The notes beneath the pieces are model-generated. The model was given only the letters and a program-made list of their open reading frames with translations. It ran no database searches and had not been told where the DNA came from. Of a DNA stretch of 64,000 nucleotides, positions 36,601 through 46,697 are shown one piece after another (the first letter of the stretch is position 1; every line of letters starts with the position of its first letter). The stretch comes from Lytechinus pictus. Its lineage: Eukaryota. The DNA lies in contig NC_087251.1 of assembly GCF_037042905.1 (NCBI RefSeq), positions 35,280,001 to 35,344,000 on the forward strand, read 5' to 3'. A program made the translations under genes and the position numbers.

Positions 36601-39600
36601 TGGGGGTATTTGTTGAATTACCATCATATCTCTGTAAGTGTATTGGTCTATTTAATAAAACGTTTACATAAGAGTAACGAAGTATTACTGAACATCTTGT
36701 GTGAGTTTCAGGTCACATGACCACGGTCAAATGTCAATGGACTTTGGCCATGTTGGGGGTATTTGTTGAATTACCATCATAACTCTGTAAGTCTATTGGT
36801 CTAGTTCATAAAACTTGGTCATAAGAGTCATCAAGTATAACTGAACATCTCATGCGAGTTTCAGGTCACATGACCAAAGTCAAAGGTCATTTAAGGTCAT
36901 TGAACTTTGGCCATTTTAGAGGTAATTATTAGATTGCTGTCATAACTTTCAAAGTTTATAGATATAGTGTATAAAATGTGGATATAGGGGTAATCAAGTA
37001 TCACTGACAAGTTTTAGGTCACGTGATCAAGGTCAAATGTCAATGAACGTAGTATTGTATCATTGTATGAATGGTGTTTTTTGTGAATAATTATTTCATA
37101 GTAGTTTTCAAAGTCAGCACTGTTGCTATATTGAATCGTGTGATGCAGGTGAGACAGCCAGAGGCATTCCACTTGTTTTTTTTTTCTCTTCACGCTACTG
37201 CCGCAAAGAATCCTGTTCACAGTTGCGTACAGACAAAAAAAGGAATGGAAAGAGAGGAGACTTAAATATATTATTTTCCGGATATCATGTCAAAATATAT
37301 CACAAAATTGGATTTTTGTATTAAAGGTCAAGTCCAACCCAGAAAATGTTGATTTGAATCAATAGAGAAAAATCCAACAAGCATAACACTGAAAATTTCA
37401 TCCAAATCGGATGTAAAATAAGAAAGTTATGACATTTTAAAGTTTCGCTTATTTTTCACAAAATAGTTATATGCACCATTCAGTGACATGTTAATGAGAT
37501 AGTCGATGATGTCCCTCACTCACTATTTCTTTTGTTTTTTATTTGAATTATACAATATTTCAATTGTTACTAATTTGACAATAATGACCAACTTGACTAA
37601 GCCACAAGATGTTACAACAATGGTAATTCCACATATCCAGGAAGGAATAAAACTCCTTTCACATGACAGTGAAGAGAAAATTATAGAGTATTTCACATTT
37701 CGTTTAATAAAATACAAAAGAAATAGTGAGTGGATGATGTCATCAGTCACCTCATTTGCATATCGACCATGACGTGCATATAACTGTTTTGTGAAATGAA
37801 GCGAAATTTCAAAATATAACTTTCTTATTTTACATCCAATTTTGATTAAATTTTCAGTGTTATGCTTGTTGGATTTTTCTCTTTTTATTCAAATCAACTT
37901 TTGAATGTTGGGGTGGACTTGTCCTTTAAGAAGGTCAAAATTTGTGCTCGCTCGCTTCGCTGACTCGCAACTTTTTTTTTCAAAGATAAATTCTGCCCGA
38001 TACGCAATATCTGTCCCTCTCAAAATAGTCGCCTCATTACACCATTACGGCTGTTCATACCATGATATGACCGGGAATTTTGTGGCTCTTGCCCCCCCCC
38101 CCCCTGGCCACCGACCCCTGTTACGCCGCTGTTGGCGTTGATGCGGCAGAAGCTGCTTTGTCAAATTCCTACGGGAGTTACCTCAACAGAAAATTCTCGA
38201 TTTAATGTCGAGCAGTGTGGCCATCATATTCGCTAGCAAACCCTACATGTAAGTCTGAAGAAAAGAAAATCAGAATGTCAGAGGACGATTCAAATCTCAA
38301 TCACTACACATTGTCACCCTGATTCAATATTCTCTTACATATCTCACCAAAATTAATCTTGATGCATTTAATATCATTTTAGTCTGTTCGGCAAGGAGAC
38401 GGGTCTCAATTTTGGCAGTTGGATGCTCTATTGCTATCCACAGATGATTGTATGTATCCTCATTATATGGGCGTGGCTCCAGTTCATGTATCTTCCGAGG
38501 GACAGGTTGGTACAATGTCCAGTCTTGCAAAGAGTTGAGATTAAATTCGATCACTCTAAGTATGGAAATCCTTCAACGTCATAATTTTTCATATAGGAAA
38601 TGGGCACAATGTACCTTGTAAACGAAAAGGGGCATACTGGATTGTCAAGACAACGATGCATGCAAGAATATACATCACTTTCAACGAACAAATGCATTGT
38701 AGATTTTGGGGTTGTTGGCTTTCCATAGAAGTGGTTGATTCGATCAATTGCAACACTTATGCAAGACCTGGCCATGTATAATCTCTAAATACACATAACT
38801 GGTAACTGGTTCAAGAAACCTTTGTATACCTAAGAATATATATTTATGATGACAACTTATGGATTAATACTATTTTGTAGAAATGTTCGTCTAGACCATT
38901 TTAAGTGAAATCCCTGGCTATTTCAGTCTTTAACCTTAGTAACATCGGATTTTTTGTAGGGTTTCATATTTTGATCATCCAATTTTAGCACTCGTAAGTA
39001 TTATGTTGACCTCACTCTTGTCTGTATACATTTGGAACATGCGATATGAAAAACAAAACATGTCCATAACAACCATGGCACTTAAGACCGCGACACGTTA
39101 GGAGCGTTTCATGAAATGGTTCGTCGGATGCTTTGTCCGACATTTATAAACTTATATTAGTAGATATAATGTCAGAGAAGTCTTCTTGTGAAACTCTCCC
39201 CTAGATTCCAAATAATGTTCCCAAAATTTGACAAAAGAAATTGACATTATTCGCATTCTTCTCAAGGTGAGGTGAACAATTAATATGAGCTAGAAATATT
39301 ATTATGAAGCGTTGGAATTCTGGTGTTTCTCCCATCATAACTTATATTGAAATATTTGGGTTTTTTCATATGTACATCTGGTTTAACTTTAATATTAATA
39401 TTTAGTTTCAGATGTAAGTGTAACAGACAGAACAGTTCCGATGCAAAACAGATAAGGAAAGTAATACAGCGCGCATATGACGATCTTGGTCCTATAAGGT
39501 ATGCCGGAGTTGTTTTTGTTGTGTGTGTGTGTGTGTGTATGTGTGTGAGGGGAGGTGTGTGTGGGAGGGTGTGTGAGGGTGTAAATGTGTGTGTATGTAT

Positions 39601-42600
39601 TACTCAATTTTCCATATTCTACAATTTACATTTTATATTCTATATTTGATATTCTTTGTTCTATGTTTTTTTTCTACATTACAATTTGAATAAAACATAT
39701 CCAAAGCAGACTTATAGTATTCTATTATATCCCTCATTGATATATAGTTTTGTCATGGCTATCAGAAATAAATGTTGCTAACATATTTGGGCATCTTATC
39801 AATTGCATTAACAATCTATTAATCTATTTTTTTTTCTTCATCTGATATACAAGATATGCAGAATAGACTTATTGCAATTCTTATTTTATAATACTCACTA
39901 TTTATTTGTTCGTGTTTTTCTTTTCATTTTCATAATCTATTGCAAGATTAACAGAATATAAGATACTCCATACAAACACAACTTTGCATCTTATTTATTC
40001 TATAAAATAAACTTTTTTATTTTTATTTGTTCTGTTTATTTTCATAACTTAATACAAGATTTGCAGAATGGGCTGTCTTGGCACACTTCGTGATCATTGT
40101 AGCACTCTGGATTACCCAAGATCCCAAGGTCTTTCCTGGCTGGGCATCTTTCTTTCCTCCTGGGTAAGTAAACAAAAAATATAGCAAATACCCTTTACCA
40201 TCGTAAACGTGTGTGTCCGTCACGCATTAAATGAAAACACCATTCAGTGACATGTAAATGAGATAGTCGATGATGTCCCTCACTCACTATTTCTTTTGTT
40301 TTTCATTGTTTGAATTATACAACATTTCAATTTTTACTAATTTGACAATAATGACCAACTTGACTAAGCCACAAGATGTTACAACAATGGTAATTCCACA
40401 TATCCAGGAAGGAATAAAACTCCTTTCACATGACAGTGAAGAGAAAATTAGAATATTTCACATTTCGTTTAATAGAATACAAATGAAATAGTGAGTGGAT
40501 GGTGTCATCAGTCACCTCATTTGCACATCGACCAGGACGTGCATATAACTGTTTTGTGAAATGAAGCGAAATATCAAAATATCATAACTTTCTTATCTTA
40601 CATTTTACATGAAAATATCATGCAAATAATATTTGAAGAGCTAAAAAAATGAATAGAAACTTTAGCCATGTGTATAATCAGATAGGTACGCATTTTCTGG
40701 TTTTCTTCAATCTTGTATAGCCAATAGGCATTGGTAAAATGAATGCAATCGAAGGCTAAAGTAAAGTTTGGTGCATAGATGCAGGGGGTGCACTACAAAA
40801 AGGCAAGGAGTGACTACCCCCTTTGATTTTCCGAGAAGTGAAAATAAAATAGACATAAAAGAAAAGGAGGAAACGGAAGAAAGAACTGGATCAAAAAGAG
40901 AGGTGTTTCAATATAATAAAAATCACACCTTTAATCCAGTTGGGGCAAAAATATGTCGCCTTGCCCCCCACCCCTATGAAATTATACTTCTTGCGACGCC
41001 CCTTCACAGATGTGAAAACTTTTTTGCTAGAAGAATTGAATTAGGATTCTTTATACGGGTGCCGCGGAAACGGGGTGAGGGCTTCAGCCCCAAGCCCCCC
41101 TTACATCTTTGTGTTTTAAGCCGTATACAAAAACATAAAAAACACTGATTGTGATTTTTCTGCATGGTCTGTCCCCCCCCCTCCAAACACACTTTCAACC
41201 CCGTTCTGCGGCCCCTGTAATAATAAATTGCAGTTGTCAAGCAATTACATTTTGAATTGCGCTTCATCTTTCAGGGTTAAAAGTGCTACGCCGACAATGC
41301 TGATGGCCATTTCTCTATTCTGTTTTCCATCCGAGCGACCTCTACGTCTGTTAAGAATCAGAGACCAACAAATTCGTGGTAAGCACTTAACAAAATTGGT
41401 GACAGTACCACAAGAAAAAAAGAAGATGAACCCCTCTCTTTCTTTTTTTAAGGTTGGATCTTACATGGAAGAAAATAAGGACGAGGTGAAAGCTTTTAAT
41501 TTGGAGGACGTACTTATGGGGGGAGGATGGGGGTATAAGATTGAATAATATAGAAGTATCATGAGTCAAACGACCCCCAACGCTTTTGTTCATGGTTTTG
41601 TTTTTTGCTACTCCCCTCCCCCTTTTCCGTTTTCTCCCCTTTTTCACTTCTTGAAAATCATCGCTGCCCCATGCGGCGTCGCCCTGTCCTATCAAGCAAA
41701 TGAGCCCTCCTTTGAAAATAATTTTTGTTTTCATTTAATAAATTAAACAGATTCAGCCCATGATCATCTAGAAAGTATCGTTTCAAACGGTGCAAGTGCA
41801 AGTGTGGCTGGCGTTGATAGTGACAATGACGATGGTGACGATGGGCGTGAAAGTCGCCCCAAAATAGTCAAAGTGAAGTGCATCCCCGCGCTCATCACCT
41901 GGGAAATAATACACGAGAAGATGCCATGGGGTGTACTCATTATTATGGGCGGGGGATTAGCCCTAGCAGATGGATGCGTGGTGAGTATAGATCAAATCAA
42001 ATCAATATATTAAATACAAAGTCGCATTTTTGAATGATCATCAATACTAGGGAAATAAACATACAAAACAAAAATCAACTATGAATGAGTATAACATAAA
42101 TATAACAAATAATCTAGCATATTAACAAAATATAACTTCAAAATGGACCTGGCAAAGCACCTGCCAACTAAGCTCTAGTCATGAGTGCTTCATTTCAGTG
42201 CTTCATCATCCTGCTTCATTTAACATGTACGGAGCCTTTAAAGTGCCATCGACTTGACGACTTGGCGAGATACTTTATCTTTCCATGTCGACATAATAAC
42301 CTTATGTCGACATGGCGAGATACGGTATCTCGCCGAATCGACTTATAAAAAGTTATATGTCGACATGGCGAGATACATTATCTCGCCAATTCGACTTTTA
42401 AAAAGTTATATGTCGACATGGCAAGATACGGTATCTTGCCAAGTTGATTTATAAAACGTTATATGTCAACATAGCGAGATATTTTATCTTGCCAAGTCGA
42501 CTTATAAAACATTATATGTCGACATAGCAAGATATGAAATGTCCAAGGCCCGGCGAGAGTCGAATTATCTCGCCAAGTTGACATATAACTTTTTATAAGT

Positions 42601-45600
42601 CGACTTGGCAAGATAGAATATCTCGCCATGTTGACATATAACTTTTTTGAAGTCAACTTGGCAAGATAACGTTTCTCGCCGTGTCGACATATAACCTTTT
42701 ATAAGTCAACTTGGCACGACAACGTATCTCGCCATGTCGACATATAACCTTTTATAAGTCGACTTGGCAAGATAAAGTATCTCGCCAAGTCGTCAAGTCG
42801 ATGGCACTTTAAAGGCTCCGTACACATGTAACTATGCTCAGCAAAATGTTTACTGATTTTATCATAATCATTACTTTTTATTATAAACTTAAATGGATCC
42901 GTTTTACTCACATGATGAAGAATGGAAGGGAGTGTACAATTTAAAATAAATTTGATAGATCGAACTCGGGCAGCATTTGGGGGAGGGAGAGCAACCCCCC
43001 GTGATATTCAGGTAGTGAGAAATGGGGGAAGAAGAGGGAAGACAAAGAAGAAGGAAAATGAGAAAGAAGAAAGTTAAGTATCTACGAGAGAGATATGGTT
43101 TGTATATTGTTCAATTTAGAAAAAAAAATAATGTCATAGTTGGGTCCCCTTGCTCGCCCCTATCTAAATAGTTTGATAAATCTTAATATTTTACATGCAA
43201 TTTTACTGTTTGAGTCATATTATATATATTTTTTTAAGAGCAATAGAAGCATTGATCTATTAAAATGTGTTTTTTTTTTAAATAAAGATCAGAAGTTGGA
43301 TTTAGATGCCAATAAAGTGATTAAACTACCAAAATTGAATGTTGCTTAAAAAAAAATCAATTTGATTCAGAAAATTTCTTCCTATTAGTTACTCATTTAC
43401 GACACCTGGGTAGAGAGAGGCAAATGTAGACACATGCCTTTGCTAAATGATGTGAGTGCTGCGGTTCTCATTCCAAATATCGGGTTTTTTCAGTTTTAGG
43501 GCTGAAGTTTGGAAACAATTTAACGTGTCCCAGAGACATACCGTGTAGCATTTCTTTGAGACGCTCTCTTTTACTCATCTTTCTTTTTATTTCTCTCTCT
43601 CTTCCCCTCTCTCTCTCTCGCTCTTTCTATTCACCCCCCCCCCCCACACTTTGACTGGTCTGATTTTCTAGGAATCTGGTCTATCAGCTTGGTTAGCCGA
43701 ACAGTTTCATAAATTTTACGGGATACCTCCGCTGGCAGTGGCTTTCATCACAGCCATCACAATTTCACTCCTGACAGAGGTTATTGCTAATACAGTCACC
43801 GCTGCCATTTTTCTTCCTATTGTTGCAGAGATGGCAAGTTTTTCTTATTCTTTATTCATTCTATTCTATTTTATTGTGTGGAACATGATAATTAGAGATA
43901 ATATTTCTGACAATGGCAATTTTAAACTCGAATTCTGATCTTCTAAAGCATTGACTTTGATCATTTCTTTCTACATTGTTGATATCGACTAGAAAATTGT
44001 TTTCTACTACTGCAATGTAATCACCCCGGTAATTACATATTTCATTGTATATACATGAAACCTGATTCGTGATTCATGATATCCTTCCAATATTCAGCGA
44101 AGGAGTCTCATTAATCCTCTTAAGAAGATTCCAATTAGACTTTGCACATCTTTGGTGATTTCAAACGCGTGAACCAGGCGCGGATTTAGGGGGGGGGGGC
44201 ACAGGGGGCACGTGCCCCCCTCTTTGAGTAGCAAAATTAAAATTTGTAATGTAAAATGCCATTCAAAACGAGGTGTGCGACCTCTTTTGAAAGAGAAGAC
44301 CTTTTTTTTTTGCTTGTCAATTTTTTTCTGGTACGAAATATCCTGTATTTGTGGTTGAAAACCTTTTTTTTGTGGGGGGGGGGCCTAGTCAAAATCTTCC
44401 TCCGAAAAATTTGCCCCCCCCCCCCCTTTGGAAAATCCTGGATCCGCCCCTGGCGTGGACCAACTCGAATATCGTTGCCATGGTCATAAACCATTATCTT
44501 CAGACATATAAATTTATAATCGTCTGGGATGTGCTAAGTATAAGACGATTGAAACGAGTGTGTGCATTCACTTCCGTATATTGTCAGCTATCTGTATCAG
44601 GAAAGTTTGTATCGAGATGCAGACAAGCTGATGGATATAAACATGTTTAGTGTAACATAGAGGCGCGTGGCGCCACCGTGGAACAGGTGCTCTCGTCACT
44701 TATGATTTTTCTAATAGTGACATTGAAAGAGAAAACGAAAAAAAAGAGAAAGAAGAGTATACAAATGAGGGCTGAGCAACATGTAACTATAAATTAGAAA
44801 GCAATGGCGTCCCTTATGTCGTCTCCTATCCTTGAGTTAACTTGTAGGCGTAAACTCTTATTAACGACCTATAACTTACTTATTTTACATCCAATTTTGA
44901 TGAAATTTTCAGCGTTATGCTAGTTTTATTTTTCTGTATTTATTCAAGTCAACATTTTTCTGGGGTGGACTTGACCTTTAAACAGAATACAAAATAGAAT
45001 TGTGTACTTTCAATGTCGACAGGCCGTCGCGATGAGGATAAACCCGTTGTATCTGATTCTTACTACGACCATCTGTGCCTCCTTCGCATTCATGCTTCCT
45101 GTAGCTACCCCGCCCAATGCCATAGCATTCGCTTACAAGGAAATCAAAGTCATTGATATGGTAAGACGTTTAGGCCTTGGATTATGACTGATTTAAAAAC
45201 TGATCATAAAATTTATGTTTTATGATTGATTCCGCATGTGTAATAAATTGTTATGGTTTGTCACTTATGCACAGTTTACATTTGACCTACGATTATCATA
45301 CGATGTTCGTACGGTGATCGTTTCCGGATGATTGTAGCAAAATTGAACGAGGCTTAAATGTGAGGGTATTTCTATAGACTTAGGAATGGTATTTTTAATG
45401 ACAATGTTGTCTTTATAATCTCATATGAGGGTGTACATTTTTAATGACTTGTGAATTTATGATATTGGTTTACGATTTGTTCATATTGATTAATATCACC
45501 AAAAACACAAGTTTGCTTTTATGCCAAATCACTGTAATGGTTCCCTGTTAAGTTTTTATCAGTATTGCCTCTTTTAATCCACATCAGCTCGCCGTAACGC

Positions 45601-45980
45601 GAAGTACCGTAGATCATAGAACCAATCTTAACGATTAATTACACTGGCCACAATGTAGAATCGGTCGTGAATATCAATCTTACGATCAATCTGTAAGTTT
45701 TGTGTAACGAACCTCATGTGAACCTCAATGTAAACACATATAGGGACAGACAATACAATAAACTGGTATGCTATATACCTCAATTCATGTATCTTCACAG
45801 CATATCGTCATTTTTTTTCATTTTCTTCAACAGGTAAAAACAGGCTGTCTCCTAAACTTCACGTGTATCTGTATACTGCTTCTTTTCATGAACACACTCG
45901 GTCTGTTGATTTTCGACATCGCACACTTTCCCGATTGGGCCAATAACACCATGAATACCATGCATGGTAACGGATATTGA
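21473..45980 (+). CDS. SLC13: SLC13/DASS family Na+-coupled anion cotransporter, paralog B; complete, 13 coding exons, about 634 aa
   Basis: Exons 21473-21595, 22216-22481, 26409-26583, 31612-31676, 32429-32608, 38383-38505, 39412-39498, 40059-40163, 41275-41378, 41751-41980, 43672-43833, 45023-45160, 45834-45980 sum to 1905 nt, open and phase-consistent. Motifs: WVTEVIPLPVTALIP, LHRRFALR, LSSWMSNTAVTAMMLPI, YAANVGGTGSLVGT, FMLPVATPPNA. Confidence 0.93.
22000..22149 (-). mobile_element. tRNA-derived SINE remnant
   Basis: Minus-strand head gggcatagtggcttagtggtagagcgcccgtc...ggattcgatcct. Confidence 0.6.
22216..22481 (+). CDS. SLC13: SLC13 paralog B exon 2 (MGYVAFTIFLLGTFWVTEVIPLPVT...LHRRFALRVLLLFGTDPK)
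   Basis: aatag acceptor, gtaagg donor; strong SLC13 N-terminal motifs. Confidence 0.93.
22655..22965. repeat. (CAT)n/(TAT)n low-complexity tract
   Basis: Directly visible; similar tract at 53585-53760. Confidence 0.8.
23000..23240 (-). mobile_element. Penelope-like element 3' remnant
   Basis: Minus strand translates ..INPVLNR(AR)DAGYLLSTIFGPVI, resembling the PxLNRDxGYxL C-terminus of Penelope GIY-YIG ORFs, followed by a hammerhead-like motif. Confidence 0.6.
23365..24986. mobile_element. Foldback-type non-autonomous DNA element with about 415-bp TIRs, nested in a MITE
   Basis: agtcggaaatgggggttcccatgca ... tgcatgggaacccccatttccgact; arms 23365-23780 and 24567-24986; superfamily unresolved. 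Confidence 0.8.
26409..26583 (+). CDS. SLC13: SLC13 paralog B exon 3 (LLLGFMSGTAFLSSWMSNTAVTAMMLPI...)
   Basis: attcag acceptor; first SNT motif; weak donor aag/gtgttg chosen by phase. Confidence 0.85.
26824..27418 (+). pseudogene. LINE ORF1 (L1 ORF1-like coiled coil, RRM, CTD), disrupted
   Basis: Coiled-coil heptads, then SRKNNFRVVGVEE, R.G....KPRQIIVK and NDLT motifs; frameshift in A7 run 27033-27039; in-frame TAA at 27245-27247. Confidence 0.8.
27966..30814 (+). pseudogene. LINE ORF2 (apurinic-like endonuclease plus reverse transcriptase), frameshifted
   Basis: HCNARSL, GVTETWL, RGGGV, VYRPP, SDHLPIF, NYRPISIL, QFGFR, DLSKAFD, GVPQGSILGPLLFLIYIND, FADDT, FLGV; ORFs 27966-28985 and 29012-30814 join across A8 run 28962-28969. 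Confidence 0.92.
31612..31676 (+). CDS. SLC13: SLC13 paralog B exon 4, loop (PSSQTILPREREMKGIGPELL)
   Basis: pyrimidine tract plus tag acceptor, ag/gtgagt donor; 65 bp restores phase between exons 3 and 5. Confidence 0.7.
32429..32608 (+). CDS. SLC13: SLC13 paralog B exon 5 (...RKAIFLCIPYAANVGGTGSLVGTSANVLCVAVVE)
   Basis: atacag acceptor, ag/gtgaaa donor, 180 bp; YAAxxGGTxxxxGT motif. Confidence 0.9.
33115..33391 (-). mobile_element. tRNA-derived SINE, same family as 11719
   Basis: Reverse complement has tRNA-like head, ttcagcaagaa and actcaacccaggcgaggtaaatgggtaccgg core. Confidence 0.75.
34430..35545. repeat. Degenerate tandem repeat built on GTTGCCATGGCAAC palindromes
   Basis: Unit recurs at about 390-bp spacing (34603/34991, 34754/35149). 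Confidence 0.75.
36194..37180 (+). mobile_element. Helentron-associated (HINE / Tsp / pearl-like) element with about 155-bp internal tandem repeats
   Basis: subTIR gtctcacctgca (36199) / tgcaggtgagac (37144), 5' short inverted repeat, (GGC)n microsatellite, 5 units at 153-163-bp spacing, 3' mini-hairpin gccagaggc, T-runs at both flanks. Confidence 0.75.
37321..37929. mobile_element. Kolobok-like MITE (TTAA-AGG...CCT-TTAA)
   Basis: ttaaaggtcaagtccaacccag ... ggggtggacttgtcctttaa; partial copies at about 40238-40600 and 44870-44981. Confidence 0.78.
38383..38505 (+). CDS. SLC13: SLC13 paralog B exon 6
   Basis: LFGKETGLNFGSWMLYCYPQMIVCILIIWAWLQFMYLPRD; 123 bp like 312-434. Confidence 0.9.
39412..39498 (+). 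CDS. SLC13: SLC13 paralog B exon 7
   Basis: CKCNRQNSSDAKQIRKVIQRAYDDLGPI; 87 bp. Confidence 0.9.
40059..40163 (+). CDS. SLC13: SLC13 paralog B exon 8
   Basis: FAEWAVLAHFVIIVALWITQDPKVFPGWASFFPP; 105 bp, gtaagt donor. Confidence 0.9.
41275..41378 (+). CDS. SLC13: SLC13 paralog B exon 9
   Basis: VKSATPTMLMAISLFCFPSERPLRLLRIRDQQIR; 104 bp. Confidence 0.9.
41751..41980 (+). CDS. SLC13: SLC13 paralog B exon 10
   Basis: ...KMPWGVLIIMGGGLALADGCV; 230 bp. Confidence 0.92.
42228..42822. mobile_element. Palindromic non-autonomous element with about 53-bp tandem subunits (IS3EU-like termini)
   Basis: About 55-bp perfect TIR starting TACGGAGCCTTTAAAGTGCC; flanks aacatg/cacatg (6 bp, 5 match); half copy at 11527-11680. 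Confidence 0.8.
43672..43833 (+). CDS. SLC13: SLC13 paralog B exon 11, GC donor
   Basis: ESGLSAWLAEQFHKFYGIPPLAVAFITAITISLLTEVIANTVTAAIFLPIVAEM; ends atg/gcaagt. Confidence 0.88.
44175..44452. mobile_element. hAT-like MITE
   Basis: caggcgcggat ... atccgcccctg; 8-bp TSD gcgtgaac/gcgtggac. Confidence 0.8.
45023..45160 (+). CDS. SLC13: SLC13 paralog B exon 12
   Basis: AVAMRINPLYLILTTTICASFAFMLPVATPPNAIAFAYKEIKVIDM; 138 bp. Confidence 0.95.
45834..45980 (+). CDS. SLC13: SLC13 paralog B last coding exon (VKTG...FPDWANNTMNTMHGNGY*)
   Basis: caacag acceptor; TGA at 45978-45980. Confidence 0.9.
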   Translation, partial: VKTGCLLNFTCICILLLFMNTLGLLIFDIAHFPDWANNTMNTMHGNGY

Positions 45981-46563
45981 CATCTTACATAACTCTACAT
46001 CGGTACCGTTTTGAGATCAGATATACTCGATGAAACACTCCAGCGAAAAAAAAGAAAAAAAAAACCGATACTGTAGCAATAAACTTATCTGTCAAAATAT
46101 ATTCTTTCAACCATCTTTACAATTGGTATACGTTCTTTGTTTTCAGTCCTTCCTTGTGTTTGAATTGCAAATTTTCATCATCCAGCTGATATTATAAACA
46201 GACATATATCTTAAATTGTATAATTAGATTTATGTTGAACATTCATGATTTCTCCTTTAATTGAGTCTTATTTTTATTTAGCACTAACTGTTACATCCAC
46301 TTTGCAGCTCAGTGTAATGGGCTTCGGATTTGGCGGCGCCACCGGGGCGGGGGGATACGAAGAAAGATTGGAGGAGAGTATAAAAAGGAGAGTGATGGGC
46401 CGTATGGCGTCACTTTTAAATGACGTCACTTTTAAACGACGTCACTGTTAAACCCCCCCCCCCCTCCCGAACGGTTTTCTGCATGCATGGTGCGTGTTGT
46501 CATACTCCGGGGTCATACTCAATTCTTCAGTTGGTAGAATGGTATGGTAGTATCTTCATTCAG

Positions 46564-46697
46564 CAGTGTTGTGTCCGAGGCCGGCTTGTCCGAGGCCAAG
46601 GCTGGATTGCCCGAGCCAAGGACAAGGCCGAGGATTAACCTCCGTCCTCTAGGATGAGGCCAAGCATGATTTTGCGGCCTCGAGCCCCACAACACTG
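46564..46697. mobile_element. 134-bp hAT-like MITE downstream of paralog B
   Basis: TIR CAGTGTTGTG/CACAACACTG; perfect 8-bp TSD tcattcag; empty site in paralog A at about 18141. Confidence 0.88.

Larger units (their letters stand above)
33673..38131. mobile_element. hAT-like element expanded to 4.46 kb by nested insertions
   Basis: cagtggcgtaacagg ... cctgttacgccgctg TIR; ttggcgt on both flanks. Confidence 0.65.

Noticed and set aside
38324..38554. Minus-strand ORF similar to sequence near 312-434
   Set aside because: Antisense shadow of the real + strand SLC13 exon
42228..42822. Regularly spaced palindromic repeats resembling a CRISPR array (also 7240-7900)
   Set aside because: No unique spacers, no cas genes, enclosed by TIRs in a eukaryotic intron
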